57,743 nt of DNA from Nitrospiraceae bacterium (GCA_050246315.1 JBFWWG010000018.1:1-57743), one strand, 5' to 3'; shown: positions 27,877 through 37,119, numbered from the stretch's first letter. Notes: generated from the letters alone by a model not told the origin. A program made the numbers and translations.

Positions 27877-30534
27877 ATGAGTCCGATCCGCCGCGTATTC
27901 ATCAGCCACACCTCCGAGTTCACTAAGTATCCGGAGAAGAAATCCTTTATCGATGCCGCGGTTGCGGCAGTAAATCGGGCAAGCTGCGTTCCTTGCGATA
28001 TGGGGTATTTCCCAGCGCGGGACGAGAAGCCAGCCCAATATTGTTACGATCGTGTCCGCGAGTGCGACGTCTATATCGGGGTGATCGGACTTCGCTACGG
28101 CTCTCCGGTTCGTGACCGGCCCGACCTCTCCTATACCGAGCTTGAATTCGAGGCCGCCTCCCAATCGCCCTCGAAAACCCGGTTGGTCTTTCTCCTTGAT
28201 CCTGCTTCAAGAGTGCCACTGGACCTATTCTCGGATACGGAATATGGCCGCCGCCAAAAAGAATTCCGTAAGCGATTGAACGAGTCTGGTGTGATGTGCA
28301 AACCGTTTGGCGACGTTCATGAACTTGAAAAACTCATTTTCCAGGCGTTGATCGAAGGGGCCGCAGGATTTGAGGGGCGGAGTCGGGAACTGGAGCGGAT
28401 CGAGTGGCCGGACGGGAAATCGCCGTATCCAGGTCTCCTGTCGTTCGACGAAGGGTATGCCAAGCTGTTCTTTGGGCGTGACCGCGAAACGAACGAGCTA
28501 CTGGCCAAGATGAGCGAACCGGAGGGCCGTGTCCTGTTCGTCAGTGGAGCCTCAGGCTCGGGCAAGTCTTCCTTGGTCGCGGCGGGCGTCTGGCGCGCGT
28601 TGCTCAACGAGGGGCGGCTTGCAGGGAGTGAGCAATGGCGCTGGCTCCGTATCCAACCTGGTGACGGTCGGAGTCCCTTTGATCCGCTGGCTTGGGGCCT
28701 GAAGCAGGCCTTTCCGAGAATTGCCCAACGTCCCCAAGATCTTGCTAACGAGTTGGCGGCGAACAAGAGGCCGCTGAGGGAATTGCTGGTTGGACAAATA
28801 GCTCAGGGTCAGGAGTTGGTGGTGTTCATCGATCAATTGGAAGAACTGTTCACTCGGGATTTCAAGGACGAGGAGATCAGAACCTTTCTTGAGCATCTCA
28901 TCACAAACGCCCGGGACACAAAGCGCCAGCTCCGCGTCGTGGCCACGGTGCGCAGCGAGTTCATTGCGCGATTAGAGGAATTGGAGGTCATCCTCCGCAT
29001 ATTCAACGCCGGCTACAATTACCATCTTGGGCCAGTGTCACCGAGAACCTTGCAAGACATGATCGAACAGCCGGCCCAGGCCACGGGATACGAGTTCGAA
29101 CCTGAATTGGTGGAGCAGATGTTACGCGACGCCGCACAAGAGCCTGGGAACCTGCCGCTGGTTGCCTATGCCTTGAAGCAATTATTTGAGCGGCGGCGAA
29201 GGCAGACCTTCACCCACGAGGCCTACAAGGTCATAGGTGGTGTGGCAGGCGCCATCGGCACCGAGGCTGAAAAGGTGATGGGCGGATTAGGCAAAGAAGC
29301 GCAGGATGCGTTCGATCGAGTGTTCGCCGAGCTGGTGCACCTCGAGCGCGAGCGTCCACCGACGAGAAAGCGCACAGCTCTCTCTCGCTTCAATTCGGAT
29401 AAGGCCGCCGTCCAACTCATCGATGCGCTGGCCGGTCAAGACTGTCGGGTCTTGGTCAGGGGAGGTGAGGGGCCGGAGGCCACAATCGAGGTCGCCCATG
29501 AAAAGCTCTTCACGGCCTGGCCAATGTTCAAAGACTGGATCGAGAATAGCGATCGGGATTTGCGGTTGATCGATTTCGAGGAGGAGTGTGCAACGCGATG
29601 GCATGAGAAAGGTTGCCACGTCCATCATTTATGGAGTTATGAGCAGGCCGTAGCCGTCCAGCGCGCACTGACCCGATTCAAGAAGGCTCCCTCTTCCCGC
29701 CTTCAAGCGTTCTTGCATCCACAGCAACTGCTCATTGAGAGACTCGATGATGCATCCCTGTCACATCAAGACCGTTTCCTGATCGGTCAGAAGTTGGCCG
29801 AGTTTGGCGATACCCGCGAGGGGGTCGGCGTGACGCCGGACGGAGTCCCGGCGATCGCGTGGGTCGCGATCCCGCCGGGCCGGATCCGGCTTGAGGGAAT
29901 CGACCATGTGTTCGAGGTCAAGCCCTTTCGCATGGCCAAATATCCCGTCACAAATGCGCAGTTTCAATGGTTCATCGATGACGGAGGCGACGAAGACGAT
30001 TCTTGGTGGGAAGGGATCGACAAGCAAACGCCCACGCCGTCTTCGTGGCAGGAGGCCAACTGCCCTCGGGAGACTGTGTCTTGGTATGAGGCGGTGGCCT
30101 TCTGCCGCTGGCTCAGCGCGCGGACTGGCACAACGATTCGTCTGCCGACTGAGTGGGAGTGGCAGCAGGCGGCCACAGGGGGAGATCCAGCCCGCCAATA
30201 TCCGTGGCCTGGTGGATGGGACGCCGCCCGCTGTAACAGTGTCGAGAGCCGGCTGTCTCGCACGACCGCCGTCGGCCTGTATCCCGGCGGAGCGACCAAG
30301 CAGGGCCTGCTCGATATGGCGGGGAATGTCTGGGAGTGGTGCCTGAATACGTACCATCAACCTGCCCACGCCGAAGCGGTTCGCCTGAGTGACGATCAGA
30401 GAAAGTCGCGTGTGATCCGTGGCGGGTGCTGGGACGACTACCCGGAGGACCTGCGTGCTTCACTCCGGATCAGGAACTCCCCGGAGTACCGGCTCAACCT
30501 CATTGGTTTCCGTCTCGTCCAGGACATTCCGTAA
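27877..30534 (+). CDS. DUF4062 plus nSTAND1 NTPase plus FGE-sulfatase (CLec-fold) protein; candidate DGR target
   Basis: RVFIS...CDVYIGVIGLRYGS...SYTELEFEAA (DUF4062); PYPGLLSF...FFGR...GASGSGKSSL...IDQLEELFT...LPL...VAHEKL (nSTAND1); YPVTNAQF, RLPTEWEW, DMAGNVWEWC, RGGxW...IGFRL (FGE). Confidence 0.9.
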   Translation: MSPIRRVFISHTSEFTKYPEKKSFIDAAVAAVNRASCVPCDMGYFPARDEKPAQYCYDRVRECDVYIGVIGLRYGSPVRDRPDLSYTELEFEAASQSPSKTRLVFLLDPASRVPLDLFSDTEYGRRQKEFRKRLNESGVMCKPFGDVHELEKLIFQALIEGAAGFEGRSRELERIEWPDGKSPYPGLLSFDEGYAKLFFGRDRETNELLAKMSEPEGRVLFVSGASGSGKSSLVAAGVWRALLNEGRLAGSEQWRWLRIQPGDGRSPFDPLAWGLKQAFPRIAQRPQDLANELAANKRPLRELLVGQIAQGQELVVFIDQLEELFTRDFKDEEIRTFLEHLITNARDTKRQLRVVATVRSEFIARLEELEVILRIFNAGYNYHLGPVSPRTLQDMIEQPAQATGYEFEPELVEQMLRDAAQEPGNLPLVAYALKQLFERRRRQTFTHEAYKVIGGVAGAIGTEAEKVMGGLGKEAQDAFDRVFAELVHLERERPPTRKRTALSRFNSDKAAVQLIDALAGQDCRVLVRGGEGPEATIEVAHEKLFTAWPMFKDWIENSDRDLRLIDFEEECATRWHEKGCHVHHLWSYEQAVAVQRALTRFKKAPSSRLQAFLHPQQLLIERLDDASLSHQDRFLIGQKLAEFGDTREGVGVTPDGVPAIAWVAIPPGRIRLEGIDHVFEVKPFRMAKYPVTNAQFQWFIDDGGDEDDSWWEGIDKQTPTPSSWQEANCPRETVSWYEAVAFCRWLSARTGTTIRLPTEWEWQQAATGGDPARQYPWPGGWDAARCNSVESRLSRTTAVGLYPGGATKQGLLDMAGNVWEWCLNTYHQPAHAEAVRLSDDQRKSRVIRGGCWDDYPEDLRASLRIRNSPEYRLNLIGFRLVQDIP

Positions 30535-30570
30535 CCCTGTGCCCTTTGGGCTTTGACCCTTTGCCCCTCG
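30409..30570 (+). other. Putative DGR variable region with downstream IMH-like pyrimidine repeats
   Basis: All 12 positions that are Asn in the canonical template consensus are NNC codons; CCCTGTGCCCTTTGGGCTTTGACCCTTTGCCC follows the stop. Confidence 0.65.
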
Positions 30571-30580
30571 AGAAAAAACT

Positions 30581-31137
30581 CCCTCGCCCGATTTCTCATC
30601 GGGAGAGGGTAGGGTGAGGGGAGATGGCTGCGAGCGTTCCGCAGGCCGTGCAATCGTGCCATAAATACTGCCGGGTCTGATTCGTAGATCCTCTCCCTAA
30701 CAGGGAGAGGGAAGGGGTGAGGGTTGTTTCATGCAGCCTTGGAAGGAGAGTCCGCGACGGCAAGGAGCGGAGAAGACTAAAAGGGCGAGGGGTCTGCGCC
30801 AACAGATGACCGATGCAGAGCGAGCGTTATGGCGTCTCCTAAAGAATCGGAACTTGGCAGGCGTCAAGTTTCGCAGACAGGTTCCCCTGGGGCCCTATTA
30901 CTTGGATTTTTACTCAGCGGCAGCGAAACTGGTGATCGAGCTTGATGGTGGGCAGCACTATGTTCCGGAAGGCCGAAAAAGGGATGAACGACGGGATGCC
31001 TATCTTCGGTCTTGGGGACTGACCGTCATTCGTTTTTCTGATCGTGAGGTGCTGTTGCAGTTTGATGGAGTGCTGGTGCAGATCCACGAGGCCCTTCAGC
31101 AATCCTCACCCTCACCCTCTCCTTTTCAAGGAGAGGG
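30581..31137. repeat. Three REP-like CCCTCTCCC...GGGAGAGGG hairpins flanking the DUF559 gene (30581-30620, 30690-30723, 31104-31137)
   Basis: Directly visible stem-loops with GGTGAGGG/CCTCACC tails; the upstream two are inverted relative to the third. Confidence 0.75.
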
Positions 31138-31150
31138 GATGCTGGCTTGA
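30731..31150 (+). CDS. DUF559 (Vsr-like) endonuclease
   Basis: RARGLRQQMTDAERALW, KFRRQVPLGPYYLDF, IELDGGQH, RDERRD. Confidence 0.92.
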   Translation: MQPWKESPRRQGAEKTKRARGLRQQMTDAERALWRLLKNRNLAGVKFRRQVPLGPYYLDFYSAAAKLVIELDGGQHYVPEGRKRDERRDAYLRSWGLTVIRFSDREVLLQFDGVLVQIHEALQQSSPSPSPFQGEGMLA

Positions 31151-31173
31151 ACGTAGACACTCGGGATTCAAAA

Positions 31174-31363
31174 GGCAATTCCTGCGTTCACGGAGGACGA
31201 AGCTTGCCGCGTCCAGGCGACGAGCTGCTCCGTGTCCTCAATCACCTCCACCGGCACTTCGTAATAGCATCGTCAGTGTCTGCTTGGTACTGGGGCGAAA
31301 GGGCTTCATGCCGTGGCCGACGTAGGTCGCGCGCGTGCGCTCGTCGGTTTTGAAGTAGAGCCG
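31174..31363 (-). pseudogene. Stranded diverged copy of the tfoX 3' half
   Basis: Aligns with 32124-32314; RLYFKTDERTRATYVGHGMKPFRP, a frameshift, then YYEVPVEVIEDTEQLVAW. Confidence 0.85.
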
Positions 31364-31392
31364 TCGTGGTGTTGGCGTCGGCGATTAAGCCA

Positions 31393-31434
31393 TTGACCGC
31401 TCTGTGAAGCGCAAGTAGACTAAACTTAGTTTAG
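31393..31434 (+). promoter_or_regulatory. TA promoter and operator palindrome
   Basis: TTGACC-N17-TAGACT; perfect palindrome CTAAACT-T-AGTTTAG (31420-31434) overlapping the -10 element. Confidence 0.7.
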
Positions 31435-31449
31435 CCGGAGGTGTGGACC

Positions 31450-31701
31450 ATGGCTCGAGGTGTGCAGACCGTTAACATCCATCAGGCAAAGACGCAACTC
31501 TCCCGTTTGGTCGATGAAGTGGCCGAGGGGAAGGAGGTGCTCATCGCGAAGGCTGGGAAGCCGCTGGCAAAGCTTATTCCGCTCCGCGTGCAGAAACGCC
31601 GCCGCACGCCCGGGTTCCTGAAAGGGAAGCTGAGCATTGCCGCCGATTTTGATGCGCCTCTTCCAGGAGATGTGCAGAAAATCTTTGAGGGGGAGGCATG
31701 A
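31450..31701 (+). CDS. Phd/YefM antitoxin
   Basis: VNIHQAKTQLSRLVD...IAKAGKPLAKL...DFDAPLP. Confidence 0.92.
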   Translation: MARGVQTVNIHQAKTQLSRLVDEVAEGKEVLIAKAGKPLAKLIPLRVQKRRRTPGFLKGKLSIAADFDAPLPGDVQKIFEGEA

Positions 31702-32075
31702 GACTGTTGCTCGACACCCATGTGTATCTGTGGTACTTGGCCGATTCGCCCAAGCTATCGGCTACCGCAAGGGCGACGATCGCGTCTGCCGAAGAGATCT
31801 TCGTGAGTGCCGCCTCCATCTGGGAAGCCACGATCAAGGCAGGGCTTGGAAAGGTCAAGGCTGATCTGCCCCGGTTGGTAGAGGGGATCGAAGCCAGCGG
31901 GTTCAGCGAGCTTCCGGTGACCGCGGCTCATGCGGCGGCGGTGGCGCACCTTCGGCCGTTGCACCGCGATCCGTTCGATCGGCTCCTGGTCGCACAGGCC
32001 ATCTTCGAGCCACTCCGTTTGCTCACAGCAGATCCTGCGTTGGTGCAATACTCCGACCTTGTTCAGCTCGTCTAG
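31698..32075 (+). CDS. vapC: VapC PIN-domain toxin
   Basis: LLLDTH, SAASIWE, HRDPFDRLLVAQA, LTAD; ATGA overlap with the antitoxin. Confidence 0.92.
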   Translation: MRLLLDTHVYLWYLADSPKLSATARATIASAEEIFVSAASIWEATIKAGLGKVKADLPRLVEGIEASGFSELPVTAAHAAAVAHLRPLHRDPFDRLLVAQAIFEPLRLLTADPALVQYSDLVQLV

Positions 32076-32137
32076 CCGGGATCGACCGCCTCAAGTTAAA
32101 AGGAAGCTCGTCAGGGGTCGAACGGCAATTCCCGCCT

Positions 32138-32560
32138 TCACGGCTGTGACGAAGCCCGTCGCGCCCAGGCGACGAGCTGCTCCGCGTCCTCAATCACCTC
32201 CACCGGCACCTCGTAATAGCTTTTGAGCGTCTGCTTCGAATTCGGCCTGAATGGTTTCATGCCTCGAACAACGTAGGCCGCGCGCGTGCGATCGTCGGTT
32301 TTGAAGTAGAGCCGCCCTCGGTGGATGATGCCAAAGAAGGTCGCTCCTCGATACAGGCCATGCCCTCCGAACATCGGGACGCAACGCAGGCCGTGCACCT
32401 CCGCCAGTTGGTCCAGCACGAACTCCGCGAAACCGGCAGGTTGACGGGTAGAACTGCGCGCGGCTTTTGCGACGGATTGGCGAGTCGAAACTCGTCGGGC
32501 CGGACCGGTAGACTTACAGGCTGATCTGCCGGCCGGCTTGCGAGGCATGACGGCCTTCAC
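32138..32560 (-). CDS. TfoX/Sxy N-terminal-domain protein
   Basis: PMFGGHGLY...FFGII...LYFKTD...SYYEVP. Confidence 0.85.
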   Translation of the reverse strand: MKAVMPRKPAGRSACKSTGPARRVSTRQSVAKAARSSTRQPAGFAEFVLDQLAEVHGLRCVPMFGGHGLYRGATFFGIIHRGRLYFKTDDRTRAAYVVRGMKPFRPNSKQTLKSYYEVPVEVIEDAEQLVAWARRASSQP

Positions 32561-33411
32561 ACCGGTTTCGCTGCCGCAATGAATCGAACGGCGATCGGCA
32601 GCGACACGGTCCCTCCGCGCCGGTACTGTTCTACCGACTGAACGATCAGCTTTTCCGCTTCGGTCTGTTGCGACGGAGATAGTTTGGCGAACAGGTTCTG
32701 GATCGGTGCGGCGATCTCTATCAGGCTCGAAAAGTATTCACGCCCCGACGCCAATTGCACGTCCGCCACGAATTCTTCTTCCGACAGGCCAGAGAGCCCC
32801 GCCTGCTGGACCATGCCCATCAGATCGCCTGGTTTCGCAAGCCGAAAGATCCCAGGAGCCTGAGGATCGGGCGGAGGCAGTTCGATCAATTGCTTGATGA
32901 CATCCATCGGAATGCGAAGATAGGGATTCTTGTCCGGCGTCGACCAGACCGCCGCGGCCAGATAGGCTCCCGGTTTCAACACGCGAGCGATCTCTGCCAC
33001 CGCCTTCGGGATTTCGGGAAGGAACATCAGGCAGAAGCGCGAGGTCACGGCGTCGAACGAACCAGACGGAAACGGCAGCGTCGTTACGTCGCCGGTGCGA
33101 AACTCCACGTTGGAGAGCCCAAGCCTCGTAGCTTTGCGTCTGGCGGCCGCCAGCATGTCGTCCGCGAGGTCGATACCGGCGACCTTCCCCTGAGGTCCAA
33201 CCACCTGCGCGGCCAGCAGGGCCGGATAGCCGGTGCCAGACCCCAGATCCAAGATCTGCTGTCCCTGCCGCAACCGGGCATCCGCGACCAGCCGATGGTT
33301 GAGAAAGGCCATGCTGCGGTCGAACATCTCATCCCATTTCTCCCACCCGGCTGCCACCCGGTTCCAATCCTGGCGCTGTGTCTCGATGACCTGTTTGGGA
33401 TCTTGCGGCAT
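32557..33411 (-). CDS. Class I SAM-dependent methyltransferase (UbiE-like)
   Basis: LDLGSGTG, FDAVTSRFCLMF, LKPG; RBS AAGGAG before ATG 33411. Confidence 0.88.
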   Translation of the reverse strand: MPQDPKQVIETQRQDWNRVAAGWEKWDEMFDRSMAFLNHRLVADARLRQGQQILDLGSGTGYPALLAAQVVGPQGKVAGIDLADDMLAAARRKATRLGLSNVEFRTGDVTTLPFPSGSFDAVTSRFCLMFLPEIPKAVAEIARVLKPGAYLAAAVWSTPDKNPYLRIPMDVIKQLIELPPPDPQAPGIFRLAKPGDLMGMVQQAGLSGLSEEEFVADVQLASGREYFSSLIEIAAPIQNLFAKLSPSQQTEAEKLIVQSVEQYRRGGTVSLPIAVRFIAAAKPV

Positions 33412-33545
33412 GGCGACTCCTTTATAGATGAGAGATGAAGTTCCGTCGGTCCGGCACCGCTCAATGCGTCTCGCCAATGCGGTGTGTGCGCTAGAGAAAA
33501 CGGACCGCCTATGGCGCCAAATCCTACCGGGATTAAAGGTTCGGC

Positions 33546-34457
33546 TCAAGGTGTTCGTGTTGCCGATTTGTGCTGTTCCAGTTGCTCCACCGATTTCGGC
33601 CAGTCCGATCCGAGCAGCCGGGAGAGACCGCGATCCGCCAACAGTCGTCCTCCCGTTTGGCAGGTCGCGCAGTAGTTGCACTCATTCTCTGCGTAACGAA
33701 TGCGTTGGATCGGCGCGCCGCAGACGGGGCAGGGTTGCCGATAGCGACCATGGACGGTCATTCCTCGACGAAAGGCGGTCACATGTTCGGGAAAGCGGTC
33801 GCCGGTCTCCTCGCGCAGCCGCTCGATCCACTCACGCAAGGTCGATTGGGTGGCCTCGAATAGGCGGAGGGTTTCATCCGGCAAGAGCGACGTGGTGAGC
33901 TTGGCCGGAGAGAGGCGGCCTCGATGGAGAATCTCATCCGAATAAGCATTGCCGATGCCGCTGAAGAGTCGTGGATCGGTCAAGGCTCGCTTCAGCGTAT
34001 GGTTCTCGCGGGCAAGAGTCGCCTGAAACGACGCGAGATCCGCCTCCAGCGGAGCAATCCCGCCGGAGCGAAACTGGTCCAATCCACCCGAGCCGCGAAC
34101 TATGTGTAGCGATGCGCGCTTCTTGCTGCCGGCCTCAGTCAGCAGCAACGACCCCTCGGCAAACTCAAATGTCGCCAATCCGACCTTGCCGGGGATCCTG
34201 GCCCCGGCCGGTTTCCAATGCAGGCGCCCGGCGATCATCAAATGGAGCAGGAGAAAGCAATCGTTCTCCAAATGGAACACGAGTCGTTTGCCGATCAGCC
34301 CGACGGCGCGCAGGAGCTTGCCCTCGATTTCCGCCAGTGGCGGCTCGACGGTGCGGAGCAAGAAGGGGCTCACCAGGGAAACGCGCAAAAGTCGCCCTCC
34401 CACCACGACTCGCTCCAAGGCGTCGCAATAGATGGTCAGGTCAGGCAGTTCCGGCAT
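33546..34457 (-). CDS. Fpg/Nei-family DNA glycosylase/AP lyase
   Basis: MPELPD start, HLMIAG, GIGNAYSDEIL (H2TH), CPVC...CATC zinc finger. Confidence 0.9.
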   Translation of the reverse strand: MPELPDLTIYCDALERVVVGGRLLRVSLVSPFLLRTVEPPLAEIEGKLLRAVGLIGKRLVFHLENDCFLLLHLMIAGRLHWKPAGARIPGKVGLATFEFAEGSLLLTEAGSKKRASLHIVRGSGGLDQFRSGGIAPLEADLASFQATLARENHTLKRALTDPRLFSGIGNAYSDEILHRGRLSPAKLTTSLLPDETLRLFEATQSTLREWIERLREETGDRFPEHVTAFRRGMTVHGRYRQPCPVCGAPIQRIRYAENECNYCATCQTGGRLLADRGLSRLLGSDWPKSVEQLEQHKSATRTP

Positions 34458-34589
34458 GGCAGATCTGCACCGGTGCCAGGTGACCAATCCTCGCAGTCCG
34501 GCCCTTCAAGCCTGTTCGTCATGCATCTGCGCCAGATGGTCCAGGCGGTCGGTCCAGCCGGCCCGCGTCGGTCGCGCCGAAAGTCCGGA

Positions 34590-35024
34590 CTATTTCAACA
34601 TCTGGAGCGTGTCGCGCAGCTCTTTGACCTCCGCGGCGAACAGATCCAAGTGTTGCTCGCGCTGCGGTTGATCGTCTTTGAACTTCCAGACCCGCTTGAA
34701 AATAGCCCACAGTTCCTTGTTGTGCGTCACTGCCAGCGCGTAGGCCGGTCGGGCTTGCACCTCCTTCTCCACGCAACAGAGGTTGTTATCGAACGCATGG
34801 AACTGGTTATGGAGATCGTCCAGCGCCTGATCGCGCCCCTTGCCGGTCCTTGCGGCCATCGCGCTTGCTTCCATCATGTCGGTCAGGTTGATCAGCGTCT
34901 CCACGACGGTCGTTCCCTTCGCCTTCGCCGCAAACTCTTTCGCGTGAGGATAGAACAGGTAGCTGCATCCGCTGAGTCCCATCAACACCGCGGAAAGGAC
35001 GCACAATTGAATCAGCCGTCGCAT
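34590..35024 (-). CDS. Hypothetical lipoprotein
   Basis: Lipobox LSGC; GGAGG RBS; helical. Confidence 0.75.
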   Translation of the reverse strand: MRRLIQLCVLSAVLMGLSGCSYLFYPHAKEFAAKAKGTTVVETLINLTDMMEASAMAARTGKGRDQALDDLHNQFHAFDNNLCCVEKEVQARPAYALAVTHNKELWAIFKRVWKFKDDQPQREQHLDLFAAEVKELRDTLQMLK

Positions 35025-35190
35025 AGATACCTCCCTGTTAATGTGACCGGCCATTTACCAGGTCGTTTGTCCGGGATGTCCGACTCATGGAGAAGCCTTG
35101 CTTGCGTGATGCTCGCGTACACGTGGCCCGGACAGACCACTATATGATTAATGGCGACTGGCTTGCCAGATCCCGCTTGTGATACGGCGC

Positions 35191-35218
35191 TGTAACCTTT
35201 TTCTCCTGGAAAACGACT
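35191..35218 (+). promoter_or_regulatory. Putative ECF-sigma promoter
   Basis: TGTAAC-N17-CGAC upstream of an operon that encodes an ECF sigma factor. Confidence 0.55.
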
Positions 35219-35258
35219 TGATGGATGAGGGGTGAAGAGGGTCAGTCCACCGTAGTAG

Positions 35259-35915
35259 ATGGAGGTTGTCATGAGAGCGGGAAGGAAACGAATCGTGATT
35301 GGCATCGCGACGGCGGTCGTGCTCGGAGGCCTAGTCTCCGTTGCCACGGCGGACGGGGGAGGCGGGTACTCGAGAGTCGGGACGCACGGCATTGGTATGA
35401 CAAACTATGGCCATGGGTTCGGTCCCGCTCTTCATGGGATGGCCGGGCATGGAGGGAGTGCTCATCGCGCAGCCCATTGGCTGCTCAGACATCAACAGGA
35501 CCTTGGTCTGACCGAACAGCAGGTGGCGAAGATCAAAGCCCTGTCGCTGGAGCAGGACCTGGCAAGGATTCGGGCTAAGGCAGACGTCAAGGTGGCCGAA
35601 CGGGAGCTCCGGGCTCTGGTCTCGGACGAGAAATCCGACCTCACGGCGATTGAGGCGAAAGTGAAGGAAGAGGCGATGCTCGGCGTCAACCTGCATATGA
35701 TCGCGATCAAGGGCAGGCGCGACCTCTTCGCAGTCCTCACGTCTGAGCAGCGCGAGAAGCAGAAAGCGATCTTGGAACGGATGCATCGTGCCCATAGGGG
35801 CCATCCGATGAAGGCCGAATCACAATCAGAGCAAGAGCATCAGCGCTCGGCACAGTCGGAGACTGAACAGGCACAAGAGACCGAGACTGATGCGGTAATG
35901 ATTGATGAAGGTTAG
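35259..35915 (+). CDS. Spy/CpxP/ZraP-like periplasmic protein
   Basis: Signal peptide, Gly/His-rich segment, LGLTEQQ and VLTSEQ (LTxxQ) motifs. Confidence 0.82.
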   Translation: MEVVMRAGRKRIVIGIATAVVLGGLVSVATADGGGGYSRVGTHGIGMTNYGHGFGPALHGMAGHGGSAHRAAHWLLRHQQDLGLTEQQVAKIKALSLEQDLARIRAKADVKVAERELRALVSDEKSDLTAIEAKVKEEAMLGVNLHMIAIKGRRDLFAVLTSEQREKQKAILERMHRAHRGHPMKAESQSEQEHQRSAQSETEQAQETETDAVMIDEG

Positions 35916-35956
35916 CGCCGTGTCCAAATGATACGGTTCACAAGTCTGGTGGCCTG

Positions 35957-36005
35957 CCCCCTCACCGCCCCCTCTCCCCTCGGGGGAGAGGGTAAGGGAG
36001 AGGGG
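35957..36005. repeat. REP-like hairpin of the same family as the DUF559 flanks
   Basis: CCCCCTCACC...CCTCTCCCC-TC-GGGGGAGAGGG...GAGGGG. Confidence 0.65.
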
Positions 36006-36184
36006 AGAGCGCGATGGCTGGTCTGTACAACGAACTTCCTGGGCGCAACACTCGATACCGTCAGATACCTTCGGTCGTCAGCACCGTGCTGTGGTCCAAC
36101 CGGCGAGTCAGGTATGATGAGGGTGCAATTCCTCCGATCGCCCAGGCTGCGGATCGCTTCGACCTTACGGGAGTGCAGACACCG

Positions 36185-36769
36185 GTGCACCATGATCAGG
36201 AGAACGATCAGGAGCTTGTCCACCGGATTCTGCAGGGGGAGACGGACCGCTTCGCCGAACTGATCGATCGCTATCGACGGCACGTGGCCGGAATCGTCTC
36301 CGGCCACGTGCCCTACGACCAGGTGGAGGAGGTGGCGCAGGATGTGTTCGTCCGAGCCTTTACCGGTCTAGGCGGCTACTCCGGGCAAACCCCGTTTGAG
36401 CACTGGCTGTCCGGCATCGCGGTGCGGACGTGCTACGATTTCTGGCGCGCGAGGCGCCGGAGGGAACAGCCGGTCAGTTCGTTGGCGTCCGAGCACGAGG
36501 CCTGGATCGAGCAAACGCTGGCGGCCGAGTCCGATGCGCAATTCCGCGAACAGGCGGACCGCCGGGAAGCGCGGGACCTGTTGGATTGGGCCTTGGGCCG
36601 CTTGTCCGCGGAGGACCGGATGGTTCTGACGTTGGTCTATCTTGAAGGGCGGTCGGTGCGCGAGGCGGCAGGTCTGTTGGGCTGGAGTGTCGTCAATGTG
36701 AAAGTCCGGGCGCATCGCGCCAAGCGAGCAATCCGCAAGATCTTGTCCGAAGAGGAGTCGGCATCATGA
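36185..36769 (+). CDS. ECF RNA polymerase sigma factor (start uncertain; ORF open from 36014)
   Basis: DQELVHRILQG, EEVAQDVFVRA, WLSGIAVRTCYD, NVKVRAHRA. Confidence 0.88.
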   Translation: MHHDQENDQELVHRILQGETDRFAELIDRYRRHVAGIVSGHVPYDQVEEVAQDVFVRAFTGLGGYSGQTPFEHWLSGIAVRTCYDFWRARRRREQPVSSLASEHEAWIEQTLAAESDAQFREQADRREARDLLDWALGRLSAEDRMVLTLVYLEGRSVREAAGLLGWSVVNVKVRAHRAKRAIRKILSEEESAS

Positions 36770-37089
36770 CCGAACGCAAGAAGGGTGATCTCGACAAGCT
36801 GAGGCGCGTCTGGTCCGTTGCGCATCGTCATCGGCCGGTGCCTCCGCTGGGTCGTGAATGGACCGACCGCCTGATGCGCCGCATCCGGAGAGAGGCAGGC
36901 GGCCGAACGGTTCGAACGCCGGTCTGGATCGATCAATTGGTCTGGCGGACCGCTGCGGCGGCTCTTGCCTTCGCTCTGTTTTTTACCGGGTCCGCACTGC
37001 TCTATACGGAGCCGCACCGAGTCGAGGTCGTCTCGTTCTTATCTGACGAACTCGATGCGGGAGCGCCGCTCGGCGACTGGTCGAGGTAA
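36766..37089 (+). CDS. Putative single-TM anti-sigma factor
   Basis: ATGA overlap with the ECF sigma gene; one TM helix. Confidence 0.6.
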   Translation: MTERKKGDLDKLRRVWSVAHRHRPVPPLGREWTDRLMRRIRREAGGRTVRTPVWIDQLVWRTAAAALAFALFFTGSALLYTEPHRVEVVSFLSDELDAGAPLGDWSR

Positions 37090-37119
37090 CCCTCTCCCGG
37101 CCGAGAAAATTCGGAGAAC

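Noticed and set aside
30535..31440. DGR template repeat or reverse transcriptase next to the variable region
   Set aside because: No AAC-rich copy of the region and no RT ORF were seen here or elsewhere in the window by eye.
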